64,000 nt of DNA, taken from positions 1 through 64,000 of IMG/VR virus record IMGVR_UViG_3300029825_000005, one strand, 5' to 3'. The notes below the pieces were generated by a model. It worked only from the letters and a program-made list of their open reading frames with translations, was not told the DNA's origin and did no database searches. Below, in pieces: positions 56,530 through 64,000 of this stretch. Numbering within the stretch: position 1 is the stretch's first letter; each line of letters opens with the position of its first letter. A program made the translations under genes and the position numbers. This stretch comes from an uncultured virus (IMG/VR IMGVR_UViG_3300029825_000005). Its lineage: Duplodnaviria > Heunggongvirae > Uroviricota > Caudoviricetes.

Positions 56530-56769
56530 ATGTCTAAACTAAGTACGATTCCTGTACTACGATGCACCCATTGTGGAAAAATGATAAAACTAACTTACCT
56601 GGGCACTACCCAATCTGATGCGGATGGGGAGATGCTCTGGAAAATCTTTCACGCAATTTCTAAAAATGCGTTATGTAATTACTGTCAAAAACAATACAAC
56701 TATTTATCTAAGGAAGGGAGACTTGACGAGTGGCATCAGAACTTGATACTAAACGTACCAGACCGATAG
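56530..56769 (+). CDS. Zinc-finger hypothetical protein
   Basis: CTHC...CNYC. Confidence 0.6.
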   Translation: MSKLSTIPVLRCTHCGKMIKLTYLGTTQSDADGEMLWKIFHAISKNALCNYCQKQYNYLSKEGRLDEWHQNLILNVPDR

Positions 56770-57602
56770 TAGACATCGGCATAGCCTGTAATATCAACCA
56801 GACCTGGCAATGGTGGGCTACTGTAATGCAAATGCTTTTGAGCGAGGAGAAGAAAGGCAACATAGAAATAGGGCAACTGCGTACTGTGGGTTCAGCTGTA
56901 CCAGACCATAATAAGAATAACATTATCGGCGATAGCAAACGGCGCATGCGTCTGACAGACTATAACAGACAGGAAGTAACAAAGGGGTTTCTCTCAGGAG
57001 AAGCTGACTGGATTTTCTGGCTGGATGATGACACTGCCCCGCCATTGAACGCAATCACTGGCTTGCTTCATTCAGGACACGACTTTGTGGCTGGCGCTTA
57101 TTTTATGACAGCAGAGCCTTACCACCCCATTGCTTACCGCAAGATGGCTGATTCTGGTTTATATGCACCTGTATATAACTTTCCTGATGGCGCGCTTATG
57201 CAGGTAGACAGCGTAGGCTTTGGCTGTACGCTGGTCCATAGAAGCGTGTATGAGAGAATCAAAAAAGCTCACAACGTATATGAGAGACATAACGGCGCTC
57301 TGTTGGTTGTTCCTAAAGACATGGTTTCTGGCGAGATTAGCGATGATTACTTTGAGCCTTATGTAAAAGACGGCGTGTACTATGAGCACATCAAGGCTAT
57401 GGACACAGACGATGACAGACAGTTTCCTTTCTATCAGCTCGAACACGGCAGGACAGAAGACCATTACTTCTGTGAACTGGCAGCGCACGTAGGTATCAAG
57501 CCCTGGCTTGACACGTCTGTTATTTGCACTCACTATAAGACAATGCCAACGACCAAACAAGATTACACAAACCACTTATTAAAGGAGCAAGGGTTAGCAT
57601 GA
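56730..57602 (+). CDS. GT-A fold glycosyltransferase
   Basis: ADWIFWLDDD, VDSVGFGCTLVHRSVY, TEDHYFC, CTH. Confidence 0.85.
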   Translation: MASELDTKRTRPIVDIGIACNINQTWQWWATVMQMLLSEEKKGNIEIGQLRTVGSAVPDHNKNNIIGDSKRRMRLTDYNRQEVTKGFLSGEADWIFWLDDDTAPPLNAITGLLHSGHDFVAGAYFMTAEPYHPIAYRKMADSGLYAPVYNFPDGALMQVDSVGFGCTLVHRSVYERIKKAHNVYERHNGALLVVPKDMVSGEISDDYFEPYVKDGVYYEHIKAMDTDDDRQFPFYQLEHGRTEDHYFCELAAHVGIKPWLDTSVICTHYKTMPTTKQDYTNHLLKEQGLA

Positions 57603-58072
57603 AAATAGCTATCTTAGGTAATATGGATGTTGAAGGGGAAGAAGGCGTAGAAGTAAAGCGCTACGATATAAACGCCTTTTATCCTAATAAAAAGATTGAA
57701 GGCGAGTTTGACCGTATCTTTGTTTCTAACAGTTTGCCAGAATTAGGCAGGGATGAGGTTATGAGGTTCTTAGACCGTGCTCGTGATGCTTTGGCTGATG
57801 GCGGCAAACTCTCTATTCAAGTGCCTATGGCTGAGTACGCAGCAAAACAGCTGTTTACAAACAAGGCTGACCAGATTACTTACTTCATGCTCTACGGCAC
57901 TGACGACCATCCATTTAAGGCGTGTTATACGATGATGCAAATACGAAGCCTGTTGGCTCGTGCTGGTTATAATGTGACAGAAGCTTCTGAAGCAATCTTG
58001 AAATTGAAAACCATCGAAGGTGAAGTGATAGATTTGCCTGTACATTCTGTTACGGCAGTTCGCAATGACTGA
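57599..58072 (+). CDS. Degenerate SAM-methyltransferase-fold protein
   Basis: FDRIFVSNSL...LADGGKLSIQVP; no clear motif I. Confidence 0.55.
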   Translation: MKIAILGNMDVEGEEGVEVKRYDINAFYPNKKIEGEFDRIFVSNSLPELGRDEVMRFLDRARDALADGGKLSIQVPMAEYAAKQLFTNKADQITYFMLYGTDDHPFKACYTMMQIRSLLARAGYNVTEASEAILKLKTIEGEVIDLPVHSVTAVRND

Positions 58073-59294
58073 CACGCTCATCATTTCAGCGCTTCTAATA
58101 CTAAACAGCTACGTAGCGTGGCAATATTCTAAGATGCCAGTCGAGTCCGACTTTGGCATCTTCGCTATGTGGGGTATGACAGGGGCTGTTTATGGCAGGG
58201 ATTTTGTGGACTGCAAGTCACCAGGTGTTCATACATGGCTGATGCTTTTGGCTAAGATAAAGCGAGACATCAAACTTGTGCGATTTTTGCACTTCTTCGT
58301 CACAGGTGCTCCTGCTCTTGTGTATTACATTGTAACACATGACACTGCTGGTGCTCTTGCGTTTCTTATCCTTGTACATTCTGGATGGCTCTATGCTTTT
58401 CATGGCAACGTGGGGGATATTCCTGCTGGGCTAATATTCCTTGCGCTTATTACAGGCAATACCTGGGCGTTTATCGGTCTCCTGGTGGCAGCTACGCTCT
58501 ATGAGCCTAAGCTGGTTGTCGCCACTTCTCTTATGGCGCTGCTTAGGATTCAGGATGTATGGCTGCCTTCGCTTGTGTATGGTTCTGTATTGGCTGTGTC
58601 CGCTGCCATTCTCTATTACAAGTACAGACAAGTGTTTGACTGGATTGTAGAATCTGCCTATACAATACCTAAAAGGATGATAGGCAGCCGTAAAGGGCTA
58701 TACAAATTCATGCCACCCTACACAGCTATACCGCTTATGTACATTCTTCCCTGGCTCTTTGCTGGTATGTACGCTAAGCCAGAGCTATTGTATTGGCTTC
58801 CTGCCATAGTCCTGCTTGCCTTTCAGTTTGTTGGTAAAGTTATCAGACCTAACCACTTGTTACCGTTGGTCGCTTGGATTGCTGCTGCTGGTATCAGACC
58901 AGAGATAGTTTATGCCTTAGCCACAGTAGACCTGCTTTCTGCTGGTTTATACATTGGCAACATTTGGGCACGGTTCTATCCAGGCTTAGACAATATAACG
59001 AGAGACTCTAAGCGAGTGGGGGAGTGGCTGAGTGATAAGTCTGGCACGCTCTGGGTAAACTCTATGTGGGCGCAGATATACCTATATGCAGACAAGAAAC
59101 CCCACTATGGAATGATGGAGATTATCGAGGTAAACAAAGTGGCTACTGAGCGCAGAGAAGTAATGCTAAAGGCGCTCATAAAGTCACCGCCTGACTGGAT
59201 TGTGCTCGATGACACAGCCATAGTGGAATATGATTATAATAAATATCGTAACGTGGCTAAGATAAACAATTTCAATGTCTATAAAAGATATTGA
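58065..59294 (+). CDS. GT-C (ArnT/PMT-like) polytopic membrane glycosyltransferase
   Basis: Many TM segments; first loop ESDFG...YGRDFVDCKSPG; soluble C-terminal domain PPDWIV. Confidence 0.7.
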   Translation: MTDTLIISALLILNSYVAWQYSKMPVESDFGIFAMWGMTGAVYGRDFVDCKSPGVHTWLMLLAKIKRDIKLVRFLHFFVTGAPALVYYIVTHDTAGALAFLILVHSGWLYAFHGNVGDIPAGLIFLALITGNTWAFIGLLVAATLYEPKLVVATSLMALLRIQDVWLPSLVYGSVLAVSAAILYYKYRQVFDWIVESAYTIPKRMIGSRKGLYKFMPPYTAIPLMYILPWLFAGMYAKPELLYWLPAIVLLAFQFVGKVIRPNHLLPLVAWIAAAGIRPEIVYALATVDLLSAGLYIGNIWARFYPGLDNITRDSKRVGEWLSDKSGTLWVNSMWAQIYLYADKKPHYGMMEIIEVNKVATERREVMLKALIKSPPDWIVLDDTAIVEYDYNKYRNVAKINNFNVYKRY

Positions 59295-60073
59295 TAAGGA
59301 GAACAATGCGTACACTATTCGATGTGATGTTAGAAACCGCCAGGCTATCTGGTATTTTGAGAAGTGGCGTTTGCACTTATGGGGCGCTGTATGGGGCTAC
59401 GCTGCAATATGTAGAGGATACCAGCAGATTAGAGAAGGAAGAATACTTTAATGGTGGCACTATCTTTTTCAAGACAGACAAGTTATTCGCTAAAATAAGC
59501 AACTTTGAACAAACAGGTGGCAAGTTCTACTACAGTAAAGATGTAGCTGCGACCACTGGGCAACCTTATAGTGCCACGAACACTGACCCTTATGCTCTTA
59601 TTGAAGCGGTGAACTCTGCTCTTACACATATGGGCACGCACACTAAGGTAGATGAGACGCTCACTTCAGATGTTACCTCTACAGAATACACACTTCCTGA
59701 TGGCGTGAGCAATTTAGTTAGGGTAGAGTACACAGCAGGTGATGGGTTCAGCCCGCAGCTGTCTTGGCGTGAGATTGAAGGCAAGCTATACACTTATGCA
59801 CCATTCAAAACTGCAGGCACGCTACGACTTTATTACAACACGCTTCATCCTTACGTAGAAGAAGCTGATGATGAGATTAGTGACGCTTATAATTACAACC
59901 GTTTAGCCTGGACCGCAACCTATATGTTCCAATTTCACAGGTTGCAGCTTACTGGCAATTACAGTGAAAAAGAAACAACCCTACTTAGTCTTGCTCAAAG
60001 AGAAGCAGAGAAACTCGCAAGGGCTTTCCCTGTGCACCACTTAGAGAGAGACCCGATTCTTGGGAGATTTTAG
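59291..60073 (+). CDS. Putative head-tail adaptor
   Basis: Position; AVNSAL...EYTLPDG; start uncertain (TTG 59291 or ATG 59306). Confidence 0.6.
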   Translation: MIRRTMRTLFDVMLETARLSGILRSGVCTYGALYGATLQYVEDTSRLEKEEYFNGGTIFFKTDKLFAKISNFEQTGGKFYYSKDVAATTGQPYSATNTDPYALIEAVNSALTHMGTHTKVDETLTSDVTSTEYTLPDGVSNLVRVEYTAGDGFSPQLSWREIEGKLYTYAPFKTAGTLRLYYNTLHPYVEEADDEISDAYNYNRLAWTATYMFQFHRLQLTGNYSEKETTLLSLAQREAEKLARAFPVHHLERDPILGRF

Positions 60074-63000
60074 ATGCCTTTAATACCAGAACTTAGAAGC
60101 AGTGTACCAGATGTAGGCATAACTGCTGTATCACCTTCCCACGACATAAAGCTCTCTGATGAGAATGGTAACAGCGTAGGGCTTATATTTTGTGACCGCA
60201 ACGGCAAGCGCAATCCTCTCGGCGTGAACTCAGGCTACATGCCCCGCTCGCCTATGCGTATTTCTACTGGAAGCACTGGCTATTCAGACCAAGAACCCCC
60301 TTTTATCACAGAGGTCCAGTCCACCTGGGTAGGCGGTAGGGCGCAGGCTGACCTATCAACAGACCGCACGAGGTTTGCTGACAGCTTCAGACTGGATACC
60401 ACAAAGCAATATCCTATCTGTGCTCCTGCTGTTATTGCTCAGCAGGGAACAGGGTCTGCCAATGGGGTTGAATACCTAACTGGCACTCCGGGTTTTAACT
60501 ATCCAACAGGCAAACCTTCTATGTGTCTATACCCGCCATCAGCAGCCGCAAGGGTAGTCAATGGGTTTACTCTCGAACTTGGGTATGATGCCGGACCTGT
60601 CACATTCTATTACAAAGCCATAGTTTCTGCCACGATGCCAACATACACTGACTATGACGCGGCTACCGATTACACGGATAGCGTTTATGTTCCGAGACCA
60701 GACGGGAGCATGACTTACCTTCCCATTACCCCCCTCGTAGTTCCAGCTAACACTAATCTGTGGCTTCTTGTATTTGGAACAGATGGCGGTTCGTTTAATA
60801 CGGTGCGAGATGTGCACGATGTACCAGGCGCATCGATTTACGAAAAGGCAGCGGGGTCTAATGAATGGGGCGATAAGCAGGATAAGTATTGCTTCTACGG
60901 TTGGGTACATTATGATGAGGAGTATGACTCTATATTCTTTGAATACCGTAAACAGATGTATGTGGTTATGAGTACCCTTGAAAAGAACAAATCTGAACTT
61001 TATATGAATGGCTATCGCGGATATTGCAGTTCCAACTCAGCGGACTTGACCAAAACAAACATTTATGCTACTGGTTTACAGACCAACGAATTGGCTGATT
61101 GCATTATCTATCTAATAGCTGGACCAGGTTCACAAGAGCGCAGACCGTGGCGCAAGGTTGTGAGCAACACCATGCTTGGTGTATGCGTTATGGATAAGCC
61201 TTGGAATATCCCTCACACTGTTGACACGGAATATGTTGTACTTGGTTTGAATAAGTGGCAGCACATCCCAGCGTTGGATGAATTAGCAGACCGACAATCG
61301 AGCTTGTTTACAAGCGCCGTGAAAACAGTTGCGGTCGTTGGTGATTATGTTGTCTTTGGTTTTGGCACGAGCAGGACATTAGTTTACTTCAAGGTGTCTA
61401 AAACGGCGATTGGCTCTTCTTACTACATCAAAAATGACTTTGCCGCTGACGCTCATTATGCGGATGTTCTAACTTCCATCACAGACAAGTTCGGTGTGAC
61501 AAGGCTTTGGCGAGGGGTTGGGGCTAAGGTGGATTGTGCCATTGCTAAAACCTGGGCAAGCCCTTATACTTCGCCACCGTCTCTCACGTTTGATATAAAT
61601 TATGAGCAGAGAGAACACCTTTACTTGATGAGAGATAGGCTATACGTTGATTTGTACAAAGACCTGTTAGAAAAGAACAAAAGCCTTTCAGACCTTGACA
61701 GGCAAAAGAATGACCTGATAACAGAGTGTAAACAAATTATAGGCTCTTCCGCTGGCTCGAAGATTGGAACACCAGGTACTTATTCTTATCACGATGGTAC
61801 TTCCACCGTCAACGTAGATTCATATCTCAAGGTTGCAAACGCCAATTATGCCACTGCTGATGATACGATAACAGGGCTAAAGAGGACATTCGATGACCTG
61901 ACGCTTGAACACAATCGCATATTGGCTGAATACGCTGCTATGACTGATGACGAGAAAGAGGTAGCAGAATACAGAGATGAGGATATTTTCATTGAGAAGT
62001 CACGCATTGCTGGTCTGAAAGCTGGCACTTGGGCTATCACCTCTCCGACTTACACCTTTGCAAACGAGGGCATCGCTCATGGCGCTTATTTTGGTTCGTC
62101 AACACCAATAGCGGGTACGGACCTGGCTGATGCTATAAGTGAATATGCTGATGCTAATGCAGATGTAAGAGAACTAACAGACAGAGCTTACGCTATCATA
62201 GGCACAGGCACGATTGCAAGCCCAGGAACGGACTCAGAGCTGAAGCGGGTAGTAGATGACATTGCTTTTGAAACTGCGAGGTTGACTTATGAAAGCGATG
62301 AGCACAATGCTATTTACAGACAGATACTCGACCTGACTTATCAGATTTCAGATGATGACGACACTGATGTAGAAGACACAGACACGGCAGAAATATCTGG
62401 TTTACTGGCAGCTCACACTGACAGAGACAACTGGGTGAACGCTAAGTATCTTCCTTCTTATCTTTACGTTGGTGAGACTACCGATAAAGTTACGAACATT
62501 GTTGGTTATGGTGAGCCTAAAATCCCTTACATACTGAAAGACAGCGGATTTGGCAGTATATCCGATGGGGTATATGCCGAGCTGCCTATAGGTGAAATGA
62601 AGTCCGTCAAGTCTATTATCAACGGCACGGCAGCAATGCAGTTCGGCGTGTACCTTTACTTCAATCTGGAAGGTGGAATGGTAGAGCGTTACTACGACCA
62701 GCGCCTTGACGATGTAGGACCTAACAGAGACGAGGGTTTGCCAGCGGATAGACAAGGAGAGATTACTAAACTTCTCCCATATCCAGGGCGATATTATGCT
62801 GCGGTTGATGCTGGGTCTGACGGCTATTCGTCTATACTTTGCAACAACCTGCTCGGCGAGTATTCTTGGCACGAGATATGGCGGTCAACTACTCTTGGAG
62901 ACCAGATATACGATGTGTACGTGCAGGCAATCCCTGGGTTCAATGAAGTTGACAGGTTATGGATTGCGACAACTGAATCTATTATTGCTGTACCAATTGC

Positions 63001-63730
63001 GATTACGCCAGTAAACCAGTATAAGTATGAATACTTCGGTTACGACGGCTCACTCCCTGGTTACACTCACGACTTTACTACAGCAGGGTGGGTGGAGACC
63101 TCTTGGATTGACTTTGAAGTCAAGTCAATTGACAAGTATTTTCATTCTGTGACAATATTCTCAGACTACACAGGAGATGTGAAATCTGGCAATGAGTACA
63201 AACTGTCCGTATATTTCAAAGTAGACGGCGATATAGATTGGACTCACGCAGGAGACGTAAAAGCATCAGAATATATTAATGGCAAGTTCGAGATAGGCAT
63301 CAAAGAGCTGCCCATTAAATATGGCAGCAAAAGTGTCAGTGGAAAGAAAATAAAATTCAGGGTGAAGATGATGCCACAAGCCAGCAAATACGAATCGCCC
63401 AGGCTAAAGGCTATTGTAGTGAATGGCATACTACGATTGCCGTCTAAGCGCACCTGGAACTTCAACTTTTTGGTAGACCCAGAAGTTGATTTGAATGATA
63501 AGCCAATTCATGATAAGACTGGTGTGCTGCTTTATTGGCTAAACAAGTGGGCTAATAGTAAAACCTACGCTGTTCCACTAACCATGAGGACAAACGACTA
63601 TTCCAGTGATGACGTACAAGTGATGATTGACCCAGCGTCTATCACAACTTATGATGTTCTTCCTGACACAAATGCGTCTAAGAACAAAAACTATAAGCAC
63701 ATAGGCTCGCTGACACTCTATGAAGTTTGA
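60074..63730 (+). CDS. Tail nozzle/stabilisation-like protein with insertions
   Basis: 1218 aa, beta-propeller-like; GWVETSWIDF...DKYF terminal motif; follows the adaptor. Confidence 0.6.
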   Translation: MPLIPELRSSVPDVGITAVSPSHDIKLSDENGNSVGLIFCDRNGKRNPLGVNSGYMPRSPMRISTGSTGYSDQEPPFITEVQSTWVGGRAQADLSTDRTRFADSFRLDTTKQYPICAPAVIAQQGTGSANGVEYLTGTPGFNYPTGKPSMCLYPPSAAARVVNGFTLELGYDAGPVTFYYKAIVSATMPTYTDYDAATDYTDSVYVPRPDGSMTYLPITPLVVPANTNLWLLVFGTDGGSFNTVRDVHDVPGASIYEKAAGSNEWGDKQDKYCFYGWVHYDEEYDSIFFEYRKQMYVVMSTLEKNKSELYMNGYRGYCSSNSADLTKTNIYATGLQTNELADCIIYLIAGPGSQERRPWRKVVSNTMLGVCVMDKPWNIPHTVDTEYVVLGLNKWQHIPALDELADRQSSLFTSAVKTVAVVGDYVVFGFGTSRTLVYFKVSKTAIGSSYYIKNDFAADAHYADVLTSITDKFGVTRLWRGVGAKVDCAIAKTWASPYTSPPSLTFDINYEQREHLYLMRDRLYVDLYKDLLEKNKSLSDLDRQKNDLITECKQIIGSSAGSKIGTPGTYSYHDGTSTVNVDSYLKVANANYATADDTITGLKRTFDDLTLEHNRILAEYAAMTDDEKEVAEYRDEDIFIEKSRIAGLKAGTWAITSPTYTFANEGIAHGAYFGSSTPIAGTDLADAISEYADANADVRELTDRAYAIIGTGTIASPGTDSELKRVVDDIAFETARLTYESDEHNAIYRQILDLTYQISDDDDTDVEDTDTAEISGLLAAHTDRDNWVNAKYLPSYLYVGETTDKVTNIVGYGEPKIPYILKDSGFGSISDGVYAELPIGEMKSVKSIINGTAAMQFGVYLYFNLEGGMVERYYDQRLDDVGPNRDEGLPADRQGEITKLLPYPGRYYAAVDAGSDGYSSILCNNLLGEYSWHEIWRSTTLGDQIYDVYVQAIPGFNEVDRLWIATTESIIAVPIAITPVNQYKYEYFGYDGSLPGYTHDFTTAGWVETSWIDFEVKSIDKYFHSVTIFSDYTGDVKSGNEYKLSVYFKVDGDIDWTHAGDVKASEYINGKFEIGIKELPIKYGSKSVSGKKIKFRVKMMPQASKYESPRLKAIVVNGILRLPSKRTWNFNFLVDPEVDLNDKPIHDKTGVLLYWLNKWANSKTYAVPLTMRTNDYSSDDVQVMIDPASITTYDVLPDTNASKNKNYKHIGSLTLYEV

Positions 63731-63736
63731 GAAATT

Positions 63737-64000
63737 ATGACAAGAGATAAGCTAAGTGGCGTATACATCATAACTAATACTGTAAATGGGAATAGATACA
63801 TTGGCAGTAGCATTGACATTCATCGTAGATGGTGGCAGCATCGCAGCCAACTTTGTAAAGGCACTCACGGCAATCAAATCTTACAACGCGCATGGGATAA
63901 GTACGGTGAGAGTAGCTTTGAGTTCTCTATCCTACTGCTCTGCTCTGAGACTGATACATTGCTAAATGAACAGCAATGCTTAGATACATTCCATCCAGAG
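63737..64000 (+). CDS. GIY-YIG homing endonuclease (truncated by the window end)
   Basis: Manual translation SGVYIITNTVNGNRYIGSS...RRWWQH...LQRAWDKYGESSFEF. Confidence 0.9.
   Translation, partial: MTRDKLSGVYIITNTVNGNRYIGSSIDIHRRWWQHRSQLCKGTHGNQILQRAWDKYGESSFEFSILLLCSETDTLLNEQQCLDTFHPE

Noticed and set aside
1..64000. Integrase, att sites, tRNA, rRNA, stop-codon recoding
   Set aside because: None recognised; genes are densely packed and full-length under the standard code.

Overview
The whole window is bacteriophage DNA. I see no host housekeeping genes, integrase, rRNA, tRNA or CRISPR array. It holds two separate virion-assembly programmes. Phage A (about 1-24 kb, + strand) is siphovirus-like: accessory genes (C5 DNA methyltransferase, RNA ligase, SSB, pentapeptide-repeat protein, endonuclease, decayed N-methyltransferase), then holin-like genes, terminase, portal, MuF, a protease-capsid fusion, two glycosyltransferase-like genes, neck, tail tube, a frameshifted chaperone, tape measure, tail tip and endolysin. 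Phage B (about 24-64 kb, strongly GATC-depleted) is podovirus-like and appears circularly permuted: fibre and lysis genes (24-27.8 kb), a leftward early/replication arm (27.9-39.3 kb), a divergent non-coding region, then a second terminase, portal, a 3124-aa polyvalent ejection-type protein, scaffold, capsid, a second glycosylation cassette, adaptor, nozzle and a GIY-YIG endonuclease cut by the window end. The SSB resembles Chloroflexota (Anaerolineae) SSBs from memory, so the host assignment is inference. Main findings: (1) glycosylation cassettes directly behind both unrelated capsid genes; (2) a co-oriented array of the 10-mer TTCGATAATC in the early arm; (3) a recurring GC hairpin abutting the Shine-Dalgarno of early genes; (4) a protein nested in the +1 frame of the C5 methyltransferase; (5) gene-boundary microhomologies and modules shared by the two phages. 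All family calls and motif counts were made by eye, without database searches.
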